Below, piece by piece: positions 1 through 6,408 of a stretch of DNA of 18,074 nucleotides; position 1 is the first letter of the stretch; every line of letters starts with the position of its first letter. Under the pieces are notes generated by a model that saw only the letters and a program-made list of their open reading frames with translations, ran no database searches and was not told where the DNA came from. This stretch comes from a virus. The stretch is from IMG/VR virus record IMGVR_UViG_3300045988_020153, positions 1 through 18,074 of that record, one strand, 5' to 3'. Both the position numbers and the translations under genes were made by a program.

Positions 1-119
1 CATGCTTAGCTAAGTTACGGTTACGTAACCGTAGCTTATTTGCTGACCGTTTTGTGACTGTCTTTTATTTTTTTTGTTTTGTTTTGTTTTTGGGCGTGTC
101 GTTTGTTTGTTTGTGTTAT
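1..119. repeat. Left inverted terminal repeat (ITR-L), 119 bp
   Basis: 1-119 is the exact reverse complement of 17956-18074, compared base by base; identity breaks at 120/17955. Internal structure: palindromes cttagctaag (5-14) and tacggttacgtaaccgta (16-33), then T-rich short repeats (gtttt)x3 at 76-91 and (gttt)x3 at 101-112. Confidence 0.97.
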
Positions 120-122
120 AAT
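114..122 (+). promoter_or_regulatory. Left-end early promoter, extended -10 box TGTTATAAT
   Basis: TGnTATAAT straddles the ITR boundary, about 34 nt upstream of the ATG at 156. No convincing -35. The right end carries a mirror-image element. Confidence 0.6.
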
Positions 123-155
123 AAAGTATTGACCACAAGGGAAAGGAAAAATAAA

Positions 156-401
156 ATGATGATTTCAAATATGACTTTCAATGAAAAGAATGAACTGCTG
201 ACCACTTTGTGGGATGACCCGTCTGTGACGCTTCATGGTGTCAAGGAAGGCGTTACGAGTTCGATTGATCGTGATCAGGCCGTTGATGATTATGAGGTAG
301 CTTTGTATGATTCGTATCAATTCATTTTGCCTTATGAAACGGATGACGATTTGCTTCTGTTTTCTGCTGAAGATTTGGAAACGTTTGCTCGGACGTGGTA
401 A
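156..401 (+). CDS. Highly acidic 81-aa early protein of unknown function (DNA-mimic or host-factor-inhibitor candidate)
   Basis: The track ORF 54-401 starts inside the ITR. The ATG at 156 follows the SD-like ggaaaggaaaaataaa. The 81 aa hold 11 Asp and 7 Glu against 2 Lys and 2 Arg. It is the only plus-strand gene and is followed by a strong hairpin terminator. Confidence 0.7.
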   Translation: MMISNMTFNEKNELLTTLWDDPSVTLHGVKEGVTSSIDRDQAVDDYEVALYDSYQFILPYETDDDLLLFSAEDLETFARTW

Positions 402-406
402 TAGTA

Positions 407-435
407 AAGCCCCTAGGTTATTAACCTAGGGGCTT
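407..435. terminator. Bidirectional rho-independent terminator between convergent genes
   Basis: Perfect 29-nt palindrome aagcccctaggtta-t-taacctaggggctt. It is followed by atttt on the plus strand, and its minus-strand reading is followed by tttact. It lies between the stop at 401 (+) and the stop at 452 (-). Confidence 0.85.
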
Positions 436-451
436 ATTTTATGCTGTCAAT

Positions 452-1105
452 TTAGGCGAATACGAGATACCACATTGACTTGTCTGCGGGTGCGAGTGCT
501 ACGTATCGGGTTTTGCCTGAATATCCTATGTAGTGTGCCCAAATGTATCCGTCTGCGATCACGCCGCCTTCGGATAGGTTGACTGTCTGTCCGTAGTGGT
601 ATTGGGCGACTATCTGTGCTGAGGTTGACGGTGCAGATCGTACGTTGAGCACGTCTACGTTGACTTTGTAGGTTCGTGGCGTGATGGTTACGTTATTGCT
701 TGCCGTGCGGGGGTGGAAGTAGCCGATAATACCGTTCTTAGTGAGGGTCACGTATCCGGCTTTGTTTGGGTTTTGTGACATGGTTTCCAGGGTGCCGTTG
801 CCGTTGTCTCGCACCACGATGGCTACGTGGTTCATGCCGTTGCCGTTCCAGAATGCCACGTCACCGTAAACCGGCGTGTAGTTGCCTGCTTCGCGGGTGA
901 ACGTGTTTTGCAGTGCTTTGGATCGGTCATATCGTGCGGTGTAGACGCTTGCGGCGTATCCGTCTACGGTGTTGGTGTCGGCGGCTGGGATGCCGTATAC
1001 GTTGCGGGCGTAGTTGCTCCATAGGTCCCAGCATTGTCCGCCGTATGCGCCGTCCATGTCGATGATTTTGCCGTTAACGTTGTTCATCCATTCTTGAATA
1101 TTCAT
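452..1105 (-). CDS. Endolysin: N-terminal CHAP amidase/endopeptidase plus C-terminal SH3b cell-wall-binding domain
   Basis: Start trimmed to the ATG at 1105 (MNIQEW...), preceded by aggaaggaaa and 1 nt after the holin stop. CHAP signature DGAYGGQCWDLW (Cys) and NHVAIV (His). C-terminus YKVNVDVLNVRSAPS...GYIWAHY is SH3b-like. Confidence 0.9.
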   Translation of the reverse strand: MNIQEWMNNVNGKIIDMDGAYGGQCWDLWSNYARNVYGIPAADTNTVDGYAASVYTARYDRSKALQNTFTREAGNYTPVYGDVAFWNGNGMNHVAIVVRDNGNGTLETMSQNPNKAGYVTLTKNGIIGYFHPRTASNNVTITPRTYKVNVDVLNVRSAPSTSAQIVAQYHYGQTVNLSEGGVIADGYIWAHYIGYSGKTRYVALAPADKSMWYLVFA

Positions 1106-1106
1106 G

Positions 1107-1478
1107 TTAGTTTTCCTTCCTGTGTTTTGGGGTATTGTTTTGCGCGAATACACTCATAAACGGTGCGTCCGCCAGCTCGGGGTTGATGGCGGTGATGTTT
1201 TCCAGGATTGAGGTGAGTTCGATTAGGCTGATGCCGCCTACGGTGCATACGAATACGCTGACTGGAAGTCCCAGGTCAACGTGGAGATTGATCATATCTA
1301 TGAAATAGGCTACCAGGGTTAGCATGAGGTAGGCGAACTTGTGCCATAATCCTTGTCGCATTTTTTGTGAACTCAACGTGTTGTTGAGTATGGCTTTTGC
1401 GATACCGGTGGCGTAGTCCACAATGATGAAGAAAACTACTGCGAATACACACCATATGTCCGTTGTCGTCATTGTCAT
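1107..1478 (-). CDS. Holin (Phage_holin_4_1 / toxin-secretion holin-like)
   Basis: 123 aa with hydrophobic helices (VFAVVFFIIVDYATG, FAYLMLTLVAYFI, VFVCTVGGISLIELTSILEN). The D..TG and SI.EN motifs are typical of this holin family. It sits immediately upstream of the endolysin. Confidence 0.75.
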   Translation of the reverse strand: MTMTTTDIWCVFAVVFFIIVDYATGIAKAILNNTLSSQKMRQGLWHKFAYLMLTLVAYFIDMINLHVDLGLPVSVFVCTVGGISLIELTSILENITAINPELADAPFMSVFAQNNTPKHRKEN

Positions 1479-1489
1479 TGATTGTTTCC

Positions 1490-2557
1490 TTACTTTCCTA
1501 GTAATTCTCCTATGATCAAACCAAAGTCGGCTTTTACTTGTGAGTCGTCGAAACGTATTTTGCCAAGTCTATAGCCGGTGGTGAGTCGCCTTATTATATC
1601 ATCTGACTTTTTGACATACCATGTTTTTTCGTCTACATGGTTCGGGTCGAGCGTGTATGTTGGCCGGTTGTTGTCTTTGGGTATGCGTCGTGAAACATAT
1701 TGTGAAACATGCCCGTCGCGTTCTGACACGGAAACCCATATTCCAAACCGCGCGTAGTCGGTAGTGTCCAGCACGTATGACAGTTCGCCATCGTCAGGAA
1801 TTGGCGCTAGTAACGTGTCTGATTCGTCGCGGAATTTGTTTCTGATCGCATAGTCGGCGTAATCCCCGTCGTACTGCTCAAGGAATTTGCCGAATTTCGA
1901 CTGTGCGACTTTCGCGGAAAATCCTCCATAATCGGCCAATTCGAGACACACGAAGCCGCCGCAATATAGCTTGTATTGTTGTTGGTTGGCTTGCTGGGAA
2001 CCAATGTCAAGTCGGTATTTGGCGAAATATGGGTTAGCCTTTTGAACCGCGTTGGAGAGGAATAGAACTTTTGTTCTATCCTGCCAACGGTCAACCGTAT
2101 TGTAAAACTCGCTGAAACTGTTCACTTCATTACTCAAAAAACGTAGGTTGTCGGGGAATATTTCGTCGAAGATAATCAAGTGCACTTTAGGGTAGGCGAC
2201 TGATTTCAATCCGCCCGCTTGGGAGAGGGCGACGAAATAACAGCATGTCCTCCAGTCCTTTTCATCCCATGACGTTTTATGGATCTGTCCTTTTTCGCCG
2301 TTGACTCGAAACTCGTACGAGGGAAAGAACTCTTGGATGTCCTTGAAAAACGTTTCCTTGCGGTGCTGTTCCACATCCGTGCGACGCAGGTAAATGAACT
2401 CGTGATCGTGCTTGATGTATTCCTTAATGCCGTATCGTTTGGCGGCGAACGTTTTGCCGAGTCCGCGTGCGCCGATTATGAAATTCCATGGAGCGTTTCG
2501 CGTCAACAGATTATGCAGATCGTAATAATCGCCCTCGTCAAGCGTCTGCAATGTCAT
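1490..2557 (-). CDS. DNA encapsidation ATPase (phi29 gp16-type)
   Basis: Start at the ATG at 2557, 9 nt after AGGAGG. Walker A is NFIIGARGLGKTF and Walker B is HLIIFDE. EFIYLRR and FLSNAVQKANPYF mirror phi29 gp16 LNFVIGARGIGKS, QFIYVRR, TIVFDEF and CLSNAVSVVNPYF (from memory). Confidence 0.92.
   Translation of the reverse strand: MTLQTLDEGDYYDLHNLLTRNAPWNFIIGARGLGKTFAAKRYGIKEYIKHDHEFIYLRRTDVEQHRKETFFKDIQEFFPSYEFRVNGEKGQIHKTSWDEKDWRTCCYFVALSQAGGLKSVAYPKVHLIIFDEIFPDNLRFLSNEVNSFSEFYNTVDRWQDRTKVLFLSNAVQKANPYFAKYRLDIGSQQANQQQYKLYCGGFVCLELADYGGFSAKVAQSKFGKFLEQYDGDYADYAIRNKFRDESDTLLAPIPDDGELSYVLDTTDYARFGIWVSVSERDGHVSQYVSRRIPKDNNRPTYTLDPNHVDEKTWYVKKSDDIIRRLTTGYRLGKIRFDDSQVKADFGLIIGELLGK
1593..1601 (-). 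promoter_or_regulatory. Candidate internal promoter for the lysis cassette, TGATATAAT
   Basis: Exact extended -10 on the minus strand inside the 3' end of the ATPase gene, about 115 nt upstream of the holin ATG. The 9-mer is identical to the late-promoter box at 12585-12593. Confidence 0.4.
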
Positions 2558-2579
2558 GCCTGCAAACCTCCTGAAACCA

Positions 2580-2615
2580 GTGGAGGGCGTGCGCCATGAC
2601 TCGCACGCCCTCCAC
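2580..2615 (-). other. 14-bp GC-rich hairpin in the ATPase leader (attenuator, terminator or RNA-stabilising element)
   Basis: gtggagggcgtgcg / cgcacgccctccac with an 8-nt loop. On the minus strand it is followed by tggtttc and then the AGGAGG RBS. The U-tract is weak. Confidence 0.5.
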
Positions 2616-2674
2616 AACCTATCATCTGGCGGCCGTTCAAGGGAAAGGTCATCACATAACCACCGCCACTATCA

Positions 2675-2683
2675 AGTATACCA
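2675..2683 (-). promoter_or_regulatory. Candidate promoter TGGTATACT upstream of the ATPase gene
   Basis: Extended -10-like box on the minus strand, 5 nt after the tail-lysin stop codon (2688-2690), within a 130-bp intergenic region. Confidence 0.4.
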
Positions 2684-2687
2684 CACT

Positions 2688-3899
2688 TTAGAACGCTGGC
2701 GGATTAGACTTGCCATCCCACACACTCAGCAACGAATATGCCTGATTGTATCGAGTCGTGTACGGGCCGAACGGGAACGTGCTCAGAATGTTGTTTTTGA
2801 GCTGTGCGAGGTTCGACGCCTTCGGCACCTTAAGGGCGTTCGCGGGGGATTGGTGATATGCGGTTACCCAAAGAATCTGCATTTTCGTGTCATCATACTC
2901 TTTAGGATAGCCTGCGTAGTCTTCCGCGAACTGCTTGCGTTGCCCGTCACGTGACTCGCTCCGCCCCGCCCATGTGCGGAACGCGGCAGCTTCTGCTGAG
3001 GTAAGAGAACGTTTGAACGTGCCGCCCGACTCCATGAGTGCCGCTATTTCAGGCGCGTCGGTTCTGAACGCATTGTATCCGGTTGGATCGGCGGCTTTCA
3101 TCGCGTTGAGCACTTGCAGGCGGCGCTCGAAACTCCATTGCGCAATTCCAATGCCCTGCAAATTGGCGGCTTCCACTGCATCCCAGCGCAAACCGGACTC
3201 AACGGTACCGACCACATATAAGGCGTACGAGTTTTCCGTACTGACCGAGCTGGACGGGTGCCCCTGTCCTTGCGAGTCTGACGGCTGGGATTGTGACGCT
3301 TTTTCGGAAAAATTATTGGCCGCAGTACGGTAAAAGATCCGTGTCCGCGCCCCGGCATTGTCGGTCTCGTGCAAGTAGAGGTTGTCGCCCTGCCAATGTA
3401 TCCACGCTCCCCCGCGTGCCGTGTCGGGGTTGCCCTGGTTGTTGGTGCCGGTCGGATTATCGGCGTCCGGTTTCGGCATGGTACGGGGATGCAAGTAACC
3501 TAACAGTCCGGTGGTGGGGAACCATTTGAGTGCGCTAGCGTCTGGATTTTGCGTGATAACGTAAATGTTCCCGTCTTTCACGCCGTCACCGGCGACTATC
3601 GCCACATGAGTGTAAGGGGTATACGTGCCGTATCCCCATATGGCGACATCCCCAGCCGCGGGCGCGTATCCGTCTGCGGGAATACGTTCGTACACTTGTT
3701 CGCACCGTGCGGACACGGGGTATGCGGTATACAGTCCGCCCGCATAACCGGTGGGGGTGATGCAATCCTGGATACTCATGCCGTACATATCCATACTGTA
3801 TTTAGCCCACAAGTCCCAGCACTGCGCCCCATACGCGCCGTCCATATCCCAATAACGACCCTGTGCCTGTTTTACCCAATCATCGAAAGTAATAGCCAT
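2688..3899 (-). CDS. Virion-associated peptidoglycan hydrolase (phi29 gp13 functional analogue): N-terminal CHAP plus C-terminal lytic-transglycosylase/lysozyme-like domain
   Basis: The N-terminus DGAYGAQCWDLW...THVAIV...GYLHPR is paralogous to the endolysin CHAP domain. The C-terminal GTVESG, GIGIAQWS and TAYHQSP resemble the SLT motifs ES / GLMQ / AYNxG. Its position between the fibre and the ATPase is syntenic with tail lysins of phi29-like phages. Confidence 0.8.
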   Translation of the reverse strand: MAITFDDWVKQAQGRYWDMDGAYGAQCWDLWAKYSMDMYGMSIQDCITPTGYAGGLYTAYPVSARCEQVYERIPADGYAPAAGDVAIWGYGTYTPYTHVAIVAGDGVKDGNIYVITQNPDASALKWFPTTGLLGYLHPRTMPKPDADNPTGTNNQGNPDTARGGAWIHWQGDNLYLHETDNAGARTRIFYRTAANNFSEKASQSQPSDSQGQGHPSSSVSTENSYALYVVGTVESGLRWDAVEAANLQGIGIAQWSFERRLQVLNAMKAADPTGYNAFRTDAPEIAALMESGGTFKRSLTSAEAAAFRTWAGRSESRDGQRKQFAEDYAGYPKEYDDTKMQILWVTAYHQSPANALKVPKASNLAQLKNNILSTFPFGPYTTRYNQAYSLLSVWDGKSNPPAF

Positions 3900-3922
3900 G
3901 CCACCATTATAGTGGCATGGCT
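3894..3922 (-). promoter_or_regulatory. 11-bp hairpin enclosing the tail-lysin start codon
   Basis: agccatgccac (3894-3904) pairs with gtggcatggct (3912-3922) around a 7-nt loop. The 3' arm in the mRNA contains the ATG at 3897-3899. On the minus strand the loop reads TATAATG. Confidence 0.55.
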
Positions 3923-3941
3923 ATGCGTGGATTATCGGAGA

Positions 3942-5381
3942 TTAAGCGGCGTAGGATGCCGTGAAGCTCGCATGGCCTTGATCGGCTACGGTCGCATTGT
4001 AGATACCCCATTCGCCGCTAGGTGCGATATAGCCTAGCGTCGGCTTTGAGGTGGAGCTGCCGGTGACTATCCATGACCAAATGTTATGACGTGGATACGT
4101 CCATTTCGCCAAGGTTCCACCCTTGCCCTCTCCGATTGATGGGATATCGCCTTGTCCGTCTACCGTGATAACGCCGTTTTGCAGAGTGAACTCCACCGGC
4201 ATGGAGCCGAACATGGAGATGGAGTACGCATGTCTACCGCGATAACTATCACGGCAAGCCGTGTAGAGGTATTTTGCGATAGCCTTGGCCCCAGTCTCGT
4301 TAGGGTGAATGTCTCCCGACGGGAACCAACCGTCTTCGCCCTTGCACCAAACGTAGGCGCTGTCCGCTACCACGACGCGACGGTTTCCGGTCGCGGCGGC
4401 GATCGCACCGTCAAGCAGTGCGGAATATTTCCGCATCCCCCCTTCGTCGAGAGTGGCACGGTCGAAGAGCATCGGGGCGATCACGATGATCGCGTTCGGA
4501 AACGCCGTCTTCATCGCCACAACTACGTCACGTGCCTTGGGTAGTCCGGTGTTGTACTCCAGGATGTCGTTGCGTCCGCCTGCGCATACGGCAACCCTGA
4601 CTTTAGCGTTGTCCACACTAATATCAGCCACGCAATTGGCAACCTGCTGGGCAAACGTCGGAATGCCGGACACGTTAAACCCTGCGCCGCTCTTCGCATA
4701 GTTTTTCCACTGCAATTCCGGAAACATGGTGGACAATTGGTATGACCACGTACGCTCCCTTTGCGTGCTGTCGGCGTACGAGTCGCCAAACGTCACTAAA
4801 TATCCGTCCTCATATTGCGCTTGCCCCAGTTTTTCCAGAATCTGCGCAATCTGCACGGAATTATTGCCAACCGAAGTGGATAGTGTGGTGATGTCCGTAG
4901 TGTTTTTATCCCACTTGGTTTTATTCGCGGTGGCGTGCGCGGTGGTGTCGGCCCCTAACGCGGTGAGGATGGTTTTGTTCGAGTCGGCTTTGCCAATGGC
5001 GGTGGTGGCGTCCACTCCTGCTTTATCCCACTTGGTTTTCGCGTCGGTGGCATGTGCGGCGGTGTCCGCGCCGAGCGCGGCGAGAATCGTCGCGTTGGAG
5101 TCGGCCTTGCTGATGGCGGTGGTGGCGTCCACTCCTGCTTTATCCCACTTGGTCTTAGCTGTGGTGGCGGCGTCTACGGTATTATCACCAACCAGCGCCT
5201 TGACCACTTCCTCATCATGCGTTTCACGCGATTCGACGCTTTCGATGCGGTTGAGGTGCTTTTCGAGCGTATCATCAATGGTACGCATGGAGCCGTTATA
5301 TCCGTCGCGCAGGTCAGCGGGGTCGGCGTCGCCGTAAAGGTTAAGCCCGTAATTGTCGGTTTTGTCGTAGATGGTGGTCAT
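3942..5381 (-). CDS. Tail fibre/appendage protein with tandem repeats and an SGNH (GDSL) esterase domain
   Basis: N-terminal fibre-anchor motif YGLNLYGDADPADLRDGYNGSMRTID. Then 39-aa repeats (KTKWDKAGVDATTAI.KADSN.TIL.ALGADT.AHAT). Then VTFGDSYADS (block I GDS), GGRND (block III) and GDIHPNETG (block V-like His). The last ~100 aa are beta-rich. Confidence 0.75.
   Translation of the reverse strand: MTTIYDKTDNYGLNLYGDADPADLRDGYNGSMRTIDDTLEKHLNRIESVESRETHDEEVVKALVGDNTVDAATTAKTKWDKAGVDATTAISKADSNATILAALGADTAAHATDAKTKWDKAGVDATTAIGKADSNKTILTALGADTTAHATANKTKWDKNTTDITTLSTSVGNNSVQIAQILEKLGQAQYEDGYLVTFGDSYADSTQRERTWSYQLSTMFPELQWKNYAKSGAGFNVSGIPTFAQQVANCVADISVDNAKVRVAVCAGGRNDILEYNTGLPKARDVVVAMKTAFPNAIIVIAPMLFDRATLDEGGMRKYSALLDGAIAAATGNRRVVVADSAYVWCKGEDGWFPSGDIHPNETGAKAIAKYLYTACRDSYRGRHAYSISMFGSMPVEFTLQNGVITVDGQGDIPSIGEGKGGTLAKWTYPRHNIWSWIVTGSSTSKPTLGYIAPSGEWGIYNATVADQGHASFTASYAA
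4884..5162 (-). repeat. In-frame tandem repeat, 117-bp period, about 2.3 copies, inside the fibre gene
   Basis: The plus-strand core ttatcccacttggt recurs near 4909, 5026 and 5143. This corresponds to KTKWDK at aa 76, 115 and 154. Confidence 0.85.
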
Positions 5382-5560
5382 TGGTTTGCTCCCTTGGTTT
5401 CACGGATGAGGGTTTCCAGTTGGTGTATGAGTCGATCGATCATCACCATTGCCCGATTATATCCGTCGCGCAGATCGGACGGGGTATCATCGGTGTAGAG
5501 AGGTAGCCCGTAGGTTGTGGTGCGCCCGTACATGTCGCGGTTTTCGTCATTTTCATTCAT
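5378..5560 (-). CDS. 60-aa protein carrying only the fibre N-terminal anchor motif (mini-paralogue of the fibre N-terminus)
   Basis: Start at the ATG at 5560 (MNENDENRDMYGRTTTYGLPLYTDDTPSDLRDGYNRAMVMID...). Stop and start overlap as ATGA at both ends (5557-5560 and 5378-5381). It shares a 17-nt identical DNA core with the fibre gene. Confidence 0.6.
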   Translation of the reverse strand: MNENDENRDMYGRTTTYGLPLYTDDTPSDLRDGYNRAMVMIDRLIHQLETLIRETKGANQ

Positions 5561-5754
5561 GATCTTCTCTTTCTCTGATGTGGATGCAGTTCCCGCAAGA
5601 GTAAAAATTTGTCCGCATCCTTTTGCACGTCGAACCCCGCTTGAGAGCATACTTCATAGAGCGCGATATTAAGCTGGGTTCTAAAGTCGCGGCCTTCGGA
5701 ATCTTTCTTCCCCTGAACGGTTATCGAGCTTATCGTTTTTTTGACATCCATCAT
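5557..5754 (-). CDS. 65-aa hypothetical protein in the appendage cluster
   Basis: ORF whose start overlaps the upstream stop as ATGA (5751-5754) and whose stop overlaps the downstream start as ATGA (5557-5560). This indicates translational coupling. Confidence 0.5.
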   Translation of the reverse strand: MMDVKKTISSITVQGKKDSEGRDFRTQLNIALYEVCSQAGFDVQKDADKFLLLRELHPHQRKRRS

Positions 5755-6377
5755 TCCCTCCCTTTTTCGTGGACAATGAAATATGTCGCTTGGGTCCCCG
5801 GTGACGTGGCTCTGTCGACTGGAATATATCCTTTTTCCGGTGATTTCGGTGGCGGTGTCGGTCGCTGATTCTGAGGTCGGGGTGTGACTCTCGGATCCGG
5901 GTTGCCGAAGATATCCTTATTACCCAACACCGCCCAAGTGATGCAATCATGCTGTGCCGCCTGAGCCGTGGTTACGGTAGCCATCTGATTAACCCGCGCG
6001 CCGAATACGGCCAATTCGCGGTATATGTCTCGATGAGTGTTTTTCGAGTCCTCGTACTTGCCACGCGTCGGATTATAGGTCAAATCGGAGTCTTCATATT
6101 GTCCGACCTGCTTTTCCAAGTCATCCAGGGTTTCATTGATGCGCTCGAACTGCCCGTTGAAACCGGCTATCAGCTGCTTGATGGCTTCAACGTCCGCGTT
6201 CTCATCCTGGGCGAGATTGTCGAGCTGTTCCCTGAGTTGGTCGAGATGCTCGGCCACCTCCTGCACGTATCCGAGCACGGTAAGCGTGTCCCGGTATGAA
6301 AACGGCTGAACCGTGGTGAAATAGCGTTGCCGCGGGTCAATATCGAGCGGTGCGGCGCATAGGTTAATACCGTCCAT
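5751..6377 (-). CDS. Coiled-coil structural protein (neck/tail appendage candidate) with a Pro-rich C-terminus
   Basis: Start set to the ATG at 6377, directly after AGGAGG (6381-6386); the track start at 6401 is a TTG with no SD. Heptad-like acidic region LDQLREQLDNLAQDENADVEAIKQL. C-terminal RVTPRPQNQRPTPPPKSPE. Confidence 0.55.
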   Translation of the reverse strand: MDGINLCAAPLDIDPRQRYFTTVQPFSYRDTLTVLGYVQEVAEHLDQLREQLDNLAQDENADVEAIKQLIAGFNGQFERINETLDDLEKQVGQYEDSDLTYNPTRGKYEDSKNTHRDIYRELAVFGARVNQMATVTTAQAAQHDCITWAVLGNKDIFGNPDPRVTPRPQNQRPTPPPKSPEKGYIPVDRATSPGTQATYFIVHEKGRE

Positions 6378-6408
6378 AATCCTCCTAACTGTCAATGTCA
6401 AGTATACT

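Noticed and set aside
1-38. The terminal palindromes as evidence for covalently closed hairpin telomeres (N15 or poxvirus style)
   Set aside because: The genome encodes a protein-primed PolB and a TP candidate, and its true ITRs extend well beyond the palindromes. No protelomerase is present. Protein-capped ends are far more likely.
54-155. N-terminal 34 codons of the track ORF 54-401 (MTVFYFFCFVLFLGVSFVCLCYNK...), which start inside the ITR
   Set aside because: This stretch is a translation of the T-rich ITR repeats. It has no RBS and lies upstream of the predicted promoter at 114-122. The ATG at 156 has a good SD-like sequence.
6390-6408. Tandem TTGACA TTGACA preceded by TATACT on the minus strand, upstream of the 208-aa gene
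   Set aside because: The elements are in the wrong order for a promoter, with the -10-like box upstream of the -35-like boxes. No -10 lies at the right distance downstream, and the RBS and ATG follow immediately.
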